Of a stretch of DNA of 64,000 nucleotides, positions 1 to 9,504 are shown piece by piece. A program made the translations under genes and the position numbers. The stretch lies in contig JBEKKI010000008.1 in assembly GCA_050010795.1 (NCBI GenBank), positions 38,222 through 102,221 on the forward strand, in the 5' to 3' direction. Every line of letters starts with the position of its first letter. Position 1 is the stretch's first letter. Under the pieces are notes generated by a model. It did not search any database and was not told where the DNA came from. It saw only the letters and a list, made by a program, of their open reading frames with translations. The DNA comes from Terracidiphilus sp. (GTDB lineage Bacteria; Acidobacteriota; Terriglobia; Terriglobales; Acidobacteriaceae).

Positions 1-1509
1 GGCTACCCGCCCGCTGACTTCCTTGAGAAGCCCAGCTTTCTCGACCGCTGCCGTCGAGCTATCGACGAGCTTGCCGCCGCCACGCGCGACCTGCCGACGG
101 CCGTCCTTGCCGGCGTAGCTCTGCCCGCTAGTGGCGAAGATGGAAAGCCTGCATTCAACTCCGCCGTGCTTGTTTGCGGCGGCCGCCTTTTGCTTGAGCA
201 GCGCAAGCGGCTCCTGCCCTTCTACGACGTCTTCGATGAACAGCGCTACTTTTCCGCGTCCGGTCCGCAGAAAGTGATCGATTTCGAAGGCGTTCGCCTG
301 GCCGTGACTATTTGCGAGGACGCCTGGAACGACAAAAACTTCTGGCCGCGCCGCCTCTACACCGTCGATCCCATGGAAGAACTGATGCGCCAGAATCCCG
401 CGCTCCACATCAACATCTCTTCTTCGCCTTTTTGGCACTCCAAGCGCACCATCCGCCGCGAGATGCTCGCCGCTATCGCTCGACGCGATGCGATTCCCGT
501 GCTGATGTGCAACCAGGTTGGCGGCAACGACAGCCTCATTTTCGACGGCTCCTCGCTGGCCCTCAACGCGCGCGGAGAACTCATCGCCCAGGCCGCCTCG
601 TTTGAAGAAGACCTCGTCGTCGTCGATCCTTTCCGCGCTTCGCCTGTTCCGATCCCCGGCGACGACGCGACCGAGGCGGCATATCGCGCCCTCGTCCTGG
701 GTACACGCGACTACGTGCGCAAGTGCGGCTTTCGCAAGGCTATCGTCGGCTTGAGCGGCGGCATCGACTCGGCGCTTGTCGCCGCCATCGCCACTGAGGC
801 TCTTGGCACAGAGAATGTGATCGGCGTCGGCATGCCCAGCCCCTATTCCTCTTCGGGCTCCATCGAAGACAGCCGCCGCCTGGCCGCGAATCTCGGCATT
901 CGCTTTGAGACCATCAGCATCAGCGCGATGTTCCAGGAATTCAAACACGCGCTTGCGCCGCTCTTCGCAGGAACGAACGAAGACATCACGGAAGAGAACA
1001 TTCAGCCGCGCATTCGCGGCACGGTTCTTATGGCCCTCTCCAACAAATTCGGCGCCCTGGTGCTCACCACCGGCAACAAATCGGAGATGGCTGTGGGTTA
1101 TTGCACCCTCTACGGCGATATGGTCGGCGCTCTCGCCGTCATCGGCGATCTGGTCAAAACGCGGGTGTATGCCATATGCAATTGGCTCAACCGAGACCAA
1201 GAAAAAATCCCCGCCGCCATTCTCTCCAAGCCGCCCTCGGCCGAACTGCGGCCCGGCCAGATGGATACCGACTCGCTGCCGCCCTACGACATCCTCGATC
1301 CGATCGTCGAGGCTTACGTCGAGCGCTACGAGACTCCGGAACGTATCGCAAAGGAGCGAGGTTTCCCTCTCGAACTCGTCCAACAAGTGGTGCGCCTGAT
1401 CGAGCGCTCGGAGTACAAGCGCCAACAGGCTGCGCCGGTCCTGAAGGTGACCTCAAAGTCTTTCGGCATGGGCCGCAGGTTCCCCATTGCCGTAAAGGTC
1501 CAAGTGTGA
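1..1509 (+). CDS. nadE: Glutamine-dependent NAD+ synthetase, 5'-truncated by the window edge
   Basis: Frame is open from base 1 (GYPPADFLEKP...). Nitrilase-type domain (RKRLLPFYDVFDE, ICEDAW) followed by NAD synthase domain (GLSGGIDS, ENIQPRIRG, TGNKSE, YCTLYGD, KPPSAEL). Confidence 0.96.
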   Translation, partial: GYPPADFLEKPSFLDRCRRAIDELAAATRDLPTAVLAGVALPASGEDGKPAFNSAVLVCGGRLLLEQRKRLLPFYDVFDEQRYFSASGPQKVIDFEGVRLAVTICEDAWNDKNFWPRRLYTVDPMEELMRQNPALHINISSSPFWHSKRTIRREMLAAIARRDAIPVLMCNQVGGNDSLIFDGSSLALNARGELIAQAASFEEDLVVVDPFRASPVPIPGDDATEAAYRALVLGTRDYVRKCGFRKAIVGLSGGIDSALVAAIATEALGTENVIGVGMPSPYSSSGSIEDSRRLAANLGIRFETISISAMFQEFKHALAPLFAGTNEDITEENIQPRIRGTVLMALSNKFGALVLTTGNKSEMAVGYCTLYGDMVGALAVIGDLVKTRVYAICNWLNRDQEKIPAAILSKPPSAELRPGQMDTDSLPPYDILDPIVEAYVERYETPERIAKERGFPLELVQQVVRLIERSEYKRQQAAPVLKVTSKSFGMGRRFPIAVKVQV

Positions 1510-1567
1510 CCATCGCAGCGTTATAAGCTAGGGGAAGGGAGTTTTCCCGCCTCCAAAGGAGAATCGC

Positions 1568-2632
1568 TTGACTCGTCTGTCCAACCGTTTCCTCGGCGCC
1601 GCCGCGCTGATTGCTTTATTCGTTCCCGCGCTTCAACTTGTCGCGCAGCAACATGTTCCGCCCGCGCCCGATACCAACGCCCCTACGCCCTCCGCAGCAC
1701 CGCAGGATCAGCAGACCGCCCCGCCCGCTGCGGGCCAGGAAGCACCAAGGCCCTCCGCACCGGCCCCTTCGGGTCCGCCCGCATTTCCCAAGCCCGACCC
1801 CGCCAACTTCACCGCCGCCGCGCCCACAAAGGACGTCGTTGACGCCTTTCTGACGGCCAATTGGGGCTACGACTCCAACCGCGTGTGGCAGGTTCAGGCC
1901 ATCCTCAAGACCGCCGTTGACGGATACAGCAAGGTGATCGTGCTGGTTGCCGACAAGACAGGCACGCAGCGCCAGCCGCAGATCCTCTCGTTTATTACTC
2001 TTCCCGATGTAAAGCACATCATCACCGGCGACGACATCATCAACTTCGGCGAGCACCCGTTTGCCGACGCGCGCCAGAAATTGGAGCAGCGCGCCGACGG
2101 GCCCTATCGCGGTGCCGCATCGAAAGATCTGGAGTTCGTTGAGTTCGCCGATTTTCAGTGCCCGCATTGCAAAGAGGCGCAGGTCAACATGGACAAGCTC
2201 GTCACCGATTATCCCAAGGCGCGGATTGTTTTTCAGAACTTTCCCATTCCGGCTCTCCATCCGCAGTCAATGATTGCGTCGGAGTACAGCATCTGCATCA
2301 CCAAATTGGGCGGCAGTTCGGCGTTCTTCCAGTTCGCTTCGGCGGTTTTTGACGGCCAGGATGGCCTTGCCACTCCTGACGGCGCCACGCTCACGCTCAA
2401 CAGCGCCGTCACCAAGGCCGGCCTCGATCCCGCCAAGGTTTCGGCGTGCGCAACCACTCCCGAAGTCAAGGCCCAGGTCGATGCTTCCGTTCAGTTGGGC
2501 AAGGATGTGGGCATTAACGAAGTGCCCACGCTCATGGTGAACGGCCGCGCGATTCCCGCCAACGCGCCCTACGATGTGCTGAAGAAGATCATCGATTACC
2601 AGATCAAAGCCGACGGCGTCGCCGGTCAGTAA
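1568..2632 (+). CDS. Exported DsbA-family thioredoxin-fold protein
   Basis: Signal peptide, Pro/Ala-rich linker, FADFQCPHC active site, EVPTL cis-Pro loop. Confidence 0.88.
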   Translation: MTRLSNRFLGAAALIALFVPALQLVAQQHVPPAPDTNAPTPSAAPQDQQTAPPAAGQEAPRPSAPAPSGPPAFPKPDPANFTAAAPTKDVVDAFLTANWGYDSNRVWQVQAILKTAVDGYSKVIVLVADKTGTQRQPQILSFITLPDVKHIITGDDIINFGEHPFADARQKLEQRADGPYRGAASKDLEFVEFADFQCPHCKEAQVNMDKLVTDYPKARIVFQNFPIPALHPQSMIASEYSICITKLGGSSAFFQFASAVFDGQDGLATPDGATLTLNSAVTKAGLDPAKVSACATTPEVKAQVDASVQLGKDVGINEVPTLMVNGRAIPANAPYDVLKKIIDYQIKADGVAGQ

Positions 2633-2645
2633 TCACTCCAAATCG

Positions 2646-2680
2646 GCTTGCCTGTCCCGGCCTTACCGGGGCGGGCAAGC
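2646..2680. terminator. GC-rich hairpin between convergent genes
   Basis: gcttgcctgtcccgg ... ccggggcgggcaagc. No clear U tract. Confidence 0.5.
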
Positions 2681-2720
2681 GCCCGCCTCGCCCGCGAAGG
2701 ATTCTGCGGGGGACTTTCGT

Positions 2721-4769
2721 CTATTGCGTATTCGTGATCTCTACGCGCATCATCTCCGTGTGCCCCGCTGCCTGCGTACCGCGAATCACATGCGGCGTCA
2801 TCACAATCACCAGCGTCGCGTAGTTCTTTTGCAGGTCCTTGTCGGTCACGTTATTCAGCCCCGGAATCTCGCTGAGCCCCGGCGTTCCACTGATGGCCAG
2901 GCTCTGCGATTTGTCCATCTCCGTCGCCACCACCGTCGCCTCGCCTTGCCTCAAGGTCACTACGCCGGAGTACGCGCGGTTGTCGAGTACCGGGTCGCCA
3001 TCGATCGATTGTCCCGTGAGTCCATCGAGCTTGAAGTCGATGGTCAACGCGACATCGTTGTTGCGCAACACCCTTGGGTTGACCTTCAGCGTGAGGCCCA
3101 GGTCCTGGTATTGCACCATCGGTATGGCCGGCACGGCCGATGTCAGCGACGAGAGCAGCGACGACAGGCCGCTCGAGCTCCCCGCGCCTGTGAGTCCCGG
3201 AATCTTCGGCAAGCCGCTCGGCAGGCCGGAATATGTAGAAGTCTGAATCGGATACCGTTCGCCTTCCTTGATGGTCTGGTCCTGCCCGTCCTCCAGGCGA
3301 AGCTCGATTTGGTCCAGTTCCCGCGAGTCCGACGTATTCAGGTTCAGGTGGAAGTTCAGGTTGCCCGGCACCAGCGCCGACTCCGTCAGCCCTCCGCCAA
3401 ACAACGCAAACCCGCTCGAGAGCAGCGGGCTCGATACCTGCCCTGAAGCGATCAGAATGCCCAGAATCGCCAGCGGATCGTTGGCCGAAGCCAGGCCCGA
3501 CGAGATGATCTGTTGCACCAGTGCCGCGTTCTGGCTCAAGAGGGACTGCTCTTCGGCAAAAACGTTGAAGGCCGAGATGCTTGGCGGCAACTGCACTCCC
3601 GTGTTGCGCTCGCCAGTGTGCACCACCTGGATCAGGCGCACATCAAGCAGCACCTCGCTGTGCCCGTCAAGCAAGCTCCTAAGCGTGGCATTCAGCGCGT
3701 CTACGGTGGATGCCGGCGCCCGCACTGTCATCGTGTGTTCTGACGGCGAAAGGTGGACTTCTTGCGCCGCGAACACGTTCTTGGCCACCGATTGGGCCTC
3801 GTTCATTTCGTCACCGCTCAGCCCGGCCAGGTAAATCGTCTCCGTCTCCTGCCGCATGAGGCGGTCCCGGTTTTCGCGCGTGTCACTGGCCACCAGCACG
3901 TGATGCGCATCCAGCGGAACGAAAAACGTGTGCGTTTCCATTCCCAGAATGCGCGCGGCATCCTCGAAGCTCACGTTGTCCACATCCAGCCGCATCGCGC
4001 CCGGTTTCACGCTGTCATCCAGCATGGCCGTCACGCCGTAAGCCTTGAAGACCTGCTCGATGAGCTGTCTTTGATCCGTGCGCACATGAAAGCTGTGCGG
4101 CGCCGGCCCCGCCAGAACCGGCTCAGCGCTTCCGATCTTGCCCGATGCCTGCGCGTTGGGAGACGCGGGCTGCGCCCGCACCGCCTCATCCGCCATCTCG
4201 TCGAGATGCTGGCTGACCTCGGAATTCGTGGGATCGAGCGCAAGCGCGCGTGCCAGGGCCGCGCGCGCGGCCGCTTCGTTGCCGAGCAGCCGGTCCCTGG
4301 CAGCTTCCTGGATCAGCGCTGTTACCTCGTGGCTTCGCGCCACCTGCGCCGCCATCGGGTAGTTGACATTCCCGGAATCGAGCTTGGCGGCGCGCTCGAA
4401 TCCCTCCATCGCCTCTTGAAATTGGCGATTCAAAAACAATTTGCTCGATTCGAGATAGAGCTTCGCTGCCCGTCTCTGATCGCTAGTGCGCGGCTCCTTT
4501 TCCGGCTTGGCAGGAGCAGGAATCTCGGTGGCCGCTGGCGCCGCTTCCTGGCCGCCCGCCGCCGCGCCAGATCCCGTAGCGCCGGATTCAGGTCCGGCAG
4601 TGGTGCTGGCCTCGTGGCCCGCACTTCCTCCGGGTGCGCTCGCGCCTGCTGCCTGCGCCATCAAGCCGCACGGAAGCGCCGCCAGCACCAACCCGGCAAC
4701 CCACAGCCCGCCTTCCGCCCGCATGCATATGCGCGCCCACGCCGCCTTTGGCTCGAGTCGCTTCCTCAT
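2721..4769 (-). CDS. Secretin (GspD/PilQ-like) with N-terminal TPR region
   Basis: Signal peptide, TPR-like helices, N-domain (LDVDNVSFEDAARIL) and secretin core (IKEGERYPI, YQDLGLTLKVNP, TLVIVMTPHVIR). Confidence 0.85.
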   Translation of the reverse strand: MRKRLEPKAAWARICMRAEGGLWVAGLVLAALPCGLMAQAAGASAPGGSAGHEASTTAGPESGATGSGAAAGGQEAAPAATEIPAPAKPEKEPRTSDQRRAAKLYLESSKLFLNRQFQEAMEGFERAAKLDSGNVNYPMAAQVARSHEVTALIQEAARDRLLGNEAAARAALARALALDPTNSEVSQHLDEMADEAVRAQPASPNAQASGKIGSAEPVLAGPAPHSFHVRTDQRQLIEQVFKAYGVTAMLDDSVKPGAMRLDVDNVSFEDAARILGMETHTFFVPLDAHHVLVASDTRENRDRLMRQETETIYLAGLSGDEMNEAQSVAKNVFAAQEVHLSPSEHTMTVRAPASTVDALNATLRSLLDGHSEVLLDVRLIQVVHTGERNTGVQLPPSISAFNVFAEEQSLLSQNAALVQQIISSGLASANDPLAILGILIASGQVSSPLLSSGFALFGGGLTESALVPGNLNFHLNLNTSDSRELDQIELRLEDGQDQTIKEGERYPIQTSTYSGLPSGLPKIPGLTGAGSSSGLSSLLSSLTSAVPAIPMVQYQDLGLTLKVNPRVLRNNDVALTIDFKLDGLTGQSIDGDPVLDNRAYSGVVTLRQGEATVVATEMDKSQSLAISGTPGLSEIPGLNNVTDKDLQKNYATLVIVMTPHVIRGTQAAGHTEMMRVEITNTQ

Positions 4770-5506
4770 GCCGCACCCGGCGCCATCGCCATCAGGTCAG
4801 CCAGCGAGGAAACGCACGCCTCAGGCTGGCAGCGCAGCAACTCTTCAAAGCTGCTCCTCCCTGTGGCCACCGCAATGACTGAAAGAAAGTTGGCGCGCGC
4901 CGCCTCGATGTCGCGCGGTGTATCCCCCACCACACAGATCCGGGCTCCGTTCCCCGCCAGCTCTCTCGCTTTTCGCGCCGCATGCCCAATCAGCTCGGAG
5001 CGGATTGGAAAATGGTCGCTGAATCCGCCAAAGTGAAACCACTCGCGCAGCCCCGCCTTCTCAATCTTGATCCAGCCAATCGCCTCCAGGTTCCCTGACG
5101 CCACGCCCAGCAGCCGCCCGCGGCGGGCCAGATGCCGAAGCACGTCCTCGACCCCCGGCGTCAGCTCCGGGTCCAGCTCCTGGCGCCGTTCTGCCACTGA
5201 GCTCCGCATCGCTTCAAGGATGGCGTCGTAGTGCTGTTCCAAAACCCGGTCGGGAATCCCTGCCTGCCGGCACGCCTCGCGCAGAATGGCAGTATCCGTA
5301 CTGCCGTGGATCAGGACCCCGGCCAGCGTGATCTCGAATCCCGTCACTCGCGCGACGCTTGCGGCTACCGATTCGTAGTGCACACGGTCCCGGCTGCGCA
5401 TCAGCGTCCCATCAATATCGAAGAGATAGGCGTCCTGCGCGTCCCAGACGAAATCCGTCTCGATTTCGATGCGGGCTGCGGTTCTCGGTTTTGCTTTTTG
5501 CATCAT
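4766..5506 (-). CDS. HAD-superfamily hydrolase
   Basis: FDIDGT motif I, ASGN motif II, VGDTPRDI motif IV. ATGA overlap with the secretin start. Confidence 0.9.
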   Translation of the reverse strand: MMQKAKPRTAARIEIETDFVWDAQDAYLFDIDGTLMRSRDRVHYESVAASVARVTGFEITLAGVLIHGSTDTAILREACRQAGIPDRVLEQHYDAILEAMRSSVAERRQELDPELTPGVEDVLRHLARRGRLLGVASGNLEAIGWIKIEKAGLREWFHFGGFSDHFPIRSELIGHAARKARELAGNGARICVVGDTPRDIEAARANFLSVIAVATGRSSFEELLRCQPEACVSSLADLMAMAPGAA

Positions 5507-5519
5507 TCAGGGCAGCGGG

Positions 5520-5807
5520 TCAGCCCTGGCGGTAGCCTTGGCGAAACGCGCTATATACAGGACGCTCACTCCGCGGCGGGCGCTTGATTTCGGCGCGAAC
5601 CTCGGCCAGGTCCAGCCCCAGCTCAGCCATCGCCCGGCTCAGCGTGTTGCGATGCATGCCCAATTCTTCCGCCGCCTTGCACTGGTTTCCCCGGTGCGCA
5701 GCCAGCACTTCGCGCAGAAACTGACGCTTGAACTCGCGCACCGCCTCGTCGTAGCGAACGCCACTCGAGTGCATTTGCGTCACCAGGCTTTCCAGTTCTC
5801 GTTTCAC
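5520..5807 (-). CDS. Small Fis-family helix-turn-helix protein
   Basis: GNQCKAAEELGMHRNTLSR is a Fis/NtrC-type (HTH_8) motif. Confidence 0.85.
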   Translation of the reverse strand: MKRELESLVTQMHSSGVRYDEAVREFKRQFLREVLAAHRGNQCKAAEELGMHRNTLSRAMAELGLDLAEVRAEIKRPPRSERPVYSAFRQGYRQG

Positions 5808-5875
5808 CGGCCCCTCTTGCTAAAAAAGTGATGGATTAGTCTAAACCGTCCCCCACGGTCTATCAGCACATCAAA

Positions 5876-6418
5876 TCACGATACACCCTCTGAGTGCATC
5901 CATTCTGGCGATTCGTGCTCAAGCAAAAGTAATCCTTTTCGCACTCGTTCGCCGAGGTCACCCGGAGTTACTTTCGTGCTCACATTCAGCGCACCGAAGA
6001 ACAGCTTTGGTAACTTGGCTTCGGCCATCCAACGCTGCCCTGGGAAGAACGCCACTGTCACCAGAATGCAGATCATCACCAGGACTGCTCCCTGCGCGAA
6101 CCCCAAAACCGCTCCCGCCAAGCCATCGATGCATCCCAGTCCGATCTTGTGAGCCGTCTTCGAAATGAATCCCCCAATCAAATTGGCCGCCGCCATCACC
6201 AGCAGCGCAATAAGCAAAAACGCGATCGTATTCGCCACCATGTCGATCTTCACAATCGGCTTGAAGACCACCGCAAGTTGCGCGTAGTTCCAGGCGGCAA
6301 TGGCCAGCCCGAAAACCAATCCCGCCAGCGAACAGAAAGTGCGGAGAAACCCCTGCGCAAGCCCGCCAAATGTGGCTAGCGCCAGCACCGCCAGGATCAC
6401 CCAATCTACCCACGTCAT
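5876..6418 (-). CDS. cvpA: CvpA-family membrane protein
   Basis: MTWVDWVILAV start, GLAQGFLR, four hydrophobic segments, DGLAGAVLGF. Adjacent to a purine biosynthesis gene. Confidence 0.88.
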   Translation of the reverse strand: MTWVDWVILAVLALATFGGLAQGFLRTFCSLAGLVFGLAIAAWNYAQLAVVFKPIVKIDMVANTIAFLLIALLVMAAANLIGGFISKTAHKIGLGCIDGLAGAVLGFAQGAVLVMICILVTVAFFPGQRWMAEAKLPKLFFGALNVSTKVTPGDLGERVRKGLLLLEHESPEWMHSEGVS

Positions 6419-6457
6419 AACTCGCTCCGCGTAAGCCTATGGGCCCGCTCAAAATAC

Positions 6458-7351
6458 CTACGATCCCAGCTCCTGCCCGGTCAACCGGCTAAAGGCTTCA
6501 AGATACTTCTGCCGCGTCCGCTCCACAACTTCATCCGGCAAACTCGGAGCGGGCGCCTGCTTGTTCCAGCGGATTTCTTCCAGGTAGTCGCGTACAAACT
6601 GCTTGTCAAACGATGGCTGCGCCCCTCCCGGCTTCCAGGCCTTTCCTTCCCAGAAACGCGACGAATCGGGCGTCAATACCTCATCGGCAAGGATAATCCC
6701 TCCGGCGATTTTGCCAAACTCAAATTTTGTGTCCGCAAGAATCAGCCCGCGGCTTTCGGCGTGCTCCACTGCGCGCTGGTAGATTTTCAGCGTCAACCGC
6801 CTGAGCTCCGCGGCCTCCTGCGCCCCGACCAGATTCTCCACGGCCGAATAGGGGATGTTCTCGTCATGCTCGCCGTCCTGGCTCTTCGTCGCAGGCGTAA
6901 AAATCGGCGCAGGCAGCCGCGACCCATCCTGCAGGCCCGGCGGCAGCTTGATTCCGCACACCGTTCCCGATTCCTTGTACTCCTTCCACCCCGATCCCGC
7001 CAGATACCCGCGCACCACGCACTCCACCGGGAACATGGCGGCGCGCTTCACCAGCATCGAACGCCCCGCCAGTTGATCGCAGTATGGCTGAAGGATCGCC
7101 GGAAACTCCTTCACGTCCGCCGTGAGGAGGTGATTGGGGACGATCGGCTTCAGCTTCTCGAACCAGAACAGCGAAATCTGTGTCAGGATTCTGCCCTTGT
7201 CCGGAATCCCCGATCCCAGAACGTGATCGAACGCTGAAATCCGGTCCGTGGCCACCAGCAGGAGCGCGTCGCCTACGGCGTACAAGTCGCGCACCTTGCC
7301 TCGCCCCAGCAACGGCACGTCACCAAGGCTCGTTTTCAGCAGAGCTGCCAT
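6458..7351 (-). CDS. purC: SAICAR synthetase
   Basis: GKVRDLY, ATDRISAFD, ECVVRGYLAGSG, ADTKFEFG, DEVLTPDSSRFW, FDKQFVRD. Confidence 0.98.
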   Translation of the reverse strand: MAALLKTSLGDVPLLGRGKVRDLYAVGDALLLVATDRISAFDHVLGSGIPDKGRILTQISLFWFEKLKPIVPNHLLTADVKEFPAILQPYCDQLAGRSMLVKRAAMFPVECVVRGYLAGSGWKEYKESGTVCGIKLPPGLQDGSRLPAPIFTPATKSQDGEHDENIPYSAVENLVGAQEAAELRRLTLKIYQRAVEHAESRGLILADTKFEFGKIAGGIILADEVLTPDSSRFWEGKAWKPGGAQPSFDKQFVRDYLEEIRWNKQAPAPSLPDEVVERTRQKYLEAFSRLTGQELGS

Positions 7352-7696
7352 GCGGAATCTCCCCTGAGGAATCGAATCTCAGATTTTCGAGCCGAAAACT
7401 CACTTTGTCAACCATGATCGCGGCCGTACGCAGACCCATGGTTCGCCCCCTGGAATATCTTATATCCCGCTCCCTTTGTAGGGCCTCACCTTCATGTCAG
7501 GCCCGGAATGGCGGGTATTCCCGGCCTTTTCCCTTGATACAGACTCCTGTGACGGTCGTCACGGACCGCCGTCTCCGCATCGGTGACACTGTGACTGTCA
7601 ACATGGTTCGGAGGGTGTGTAAGAAAGCCCTCTTTGAGCCGGGCGACACGAGGCAGCAGTGGAAAGGGGAAGCCGCGGCTAGTCTCGTTTAATGCA

Positions 7697-7749
7697 GGGA
7701 TCACCAGTAGCCGCGCGCTACCGACCTCCAGTGCCGGCTACTGGTCCCC
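7697..7749. repeat. Imperfect palindrome (REP-like hairpin)
   Basis: ggga-tca-ccagtagccg ... cggctactgg-tccc. Confidence 0.6.
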
Positions 7750-7779
7750 GTCTTTATCTTGTGTAATTTGACCTACAAG

Positions 7780-7818
7780 CGCCTCCGAAGCGAAGGTTTC
7801 CTTCGGGGGCGATTTTTT
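7780..7818 (+). terminator. Intrinsic terminator oriented on the + strand
   Basis: Stem cgcctccgaag / cttcgggggcg followed by a-tttttt. Confidence 0.7.
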
Positions 7819-7867
7819 GCGCTCTATCCATGAGTCATCACCTGCGACAGCCCTGGACCGAGCGCCG

Positions 7868-8062
7868 CTACGCCGAGTCACGCTGCAACATCTTCTCGAT
7901 CCGCCGGTCCGGGATCAGCCACACCAGCGCTATAAAGACAAAGATGCCCTGAGCGGCCCAGCGGTTGACGAACGCCAGCGGTATGGCGAGGGCATAAAGC
8001 ACCACTGACAACTTCCCTTTGCGGTCCTTCCCGATGGCCTTCGCCAGCAGAGATTCCGTTGC
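7868..8062 (-). pseudogene. C-terminal remnant of a TMEM175/DUF1211-family K+ channel gene
   Basis: SLLAKAIGKDRKGKLSVVLYALAIPLAF...IALVWLIPDRRIEK resembles the bacterial TMEM175 C-terminus. The N-terminal ~130 aa including the DAVFAI motif is absent. Confidence 0.75.
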
Positions 8063-8118
8063 GATTCTCCCGCGCTTGAGAGGAACGCTTGTATTCTCTG
8101 CTGCGTATGATGCCGTGT

Positions 8119-9072
8119 ATGAGTCTTCAGCGCAAAGTCCTTCTGGGTGTAGGCGTCGCCGTGACCATCTGGCTCGTCCTGTGTGCGGTTGCGGGAATAA
8201 TTGCCGCAGAAGGGGTCTTGCATCCTGCACGCCGCGCGCTCACTCAGAGTGATGAGGCGCGAGCGACTGAGATTGCCGAAAACCACCACGCCGCCCTCGA
8301 GCAGGTGGAGATCTCTGCAGATGACGGCACCGTTCTTCGCGCCTGGTACATTCATCTCGCAGACGGTAATGGCGACGCGGTGATTCTGCTCCACGGTCAG
8401 GCAGACAATCGCGCCGGGCTGCTCGGCCCCGCCGATCTGATGCTGCGCTACGGCTACGCTGTGCTTTTGCCAGACGCACGGGGGCAGGGAACGAGCGATG
8501 GCGAATTTGCCACTTATGGCATCATGGAAGCCTCCGACATCTGGCTCTGGTCCAAATGGCTTGCGCAAGCGCAGGCCCCGCGCTGCATCGATGCGCTCGG
8601 AGAATCGATGGGCGCTGCGCAACTCCTCGAGTCGCTGAAAATGGAGCCTGGGTTCTGTGCGGTTATTGCCGAATCGTCCTTTGCCAATTTCCGCGAAGCA
8701 TCCTACGACCGCATTGGAGAATGGTTCGATGCCGGCCCGTGGCTCGGGCGAACCGTCTTGCGCCCCGTCGTCGAGTTCGGCCTCATCTACGCGAGTTTGA
8801 AATACGGTGTCGAGCTCTCCCAGGACGATCCGGCTCAAACTGTCGCCGCAAGCCACATCCCAGTGCTTCTTATCGATGGGCTTCTCGACAACAACCTCCC
8901 ACCCTACAACTCTGAGATGATCCTCGCCGAAAGTCGAGGCCGGAATCCCAACGTTGTGCTTTGGGAACCTCCCGACGCCGGCCACTGCGGAGCGTTTGCA
9001 GCCGAGCCCGCCGAGTTCGAACGCCGCGTCATCATCTGGTTTCAAGACCATCAGGTGTTCTCAAGAATGTAG
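8119..9072 (+). CDS. Membrane-anchored alpha/beta hydrolase
   Basis: N-terminal TM helix, LLHG, GESMG nucleophile, D (DGLLD) and H (AGHC). Start placed at ATG 8119, 7 nt after TATGAT; the ORF track starts at 8089. Confidence 0.88.
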   Translation: MSLQRKVLLGVGVAVTIWLVLCAVAGIIAAEGVLHPARRALTQSDEARATEIAENHHAALEQVEISADDGTVLRAWYIHLADGNGDAVILLHGQADNRAGLLGPADLMLRYGYAVLLPDARGQGTSDGEFATYGIMEASDIWLWSKWLAQAQAPRCIDALGESMGAAQLLESLKMEPGFCAVIAESSFANFREASYDRIGEWFDAGPWLGRTVLRPVVEFGLIYASLKYGVELSQDDPAQTVAASHIPVLLIDGLLDNNLPPYNSEMILAESRGRNPNVVLWEPPDAGHCGAFAAEPAEFERRVIIWFQDHQVFSRM

Positions 9073-9504
9073 CGATTTAGATTTCAAGGAAACGACAGCC
9101 AACTGCTTTCACCCCTGACGGCAACACGAGTTTCTGCATCCAATCCATACAATAAGTGGATGCGGCGCCGGCCCGGCGGCAAGCCCGGACAAGGACTCAA
9201 CTCCTTGCTTTTCATCCACTTCCTTGGGCCCCAGATCGCTTGCCGCATCCCGGCAGCCGCGCTCGCCATGCAGGAACAATTCCGCTCGCGAACGTTCGGC
9301 GATGCTGTGCGTCGAATGTATAGGCCAGGCCGCTGATGATAAAATCGAACTCTGCCCGCATGATTCTGCCGGCCTGGTTTTAGATAACATCTTTCTGCAG
9401 TTCCTTCTTGCCTTGCTGAAAGACCTTCAACGATCATTTCTTGAGGTGAATGCATCCGAGCGCGCGACAGCTCGCCGCGATGTTTTGACGCGAGGGCTCT
9501 AGAC

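Noticed and set aside
9073-9504. Overlapping short ORFs between the hydrolase and tonB
   Set aside because: All frames were translated by eye; none has a recognisable domain, RBS or typical codon usage.
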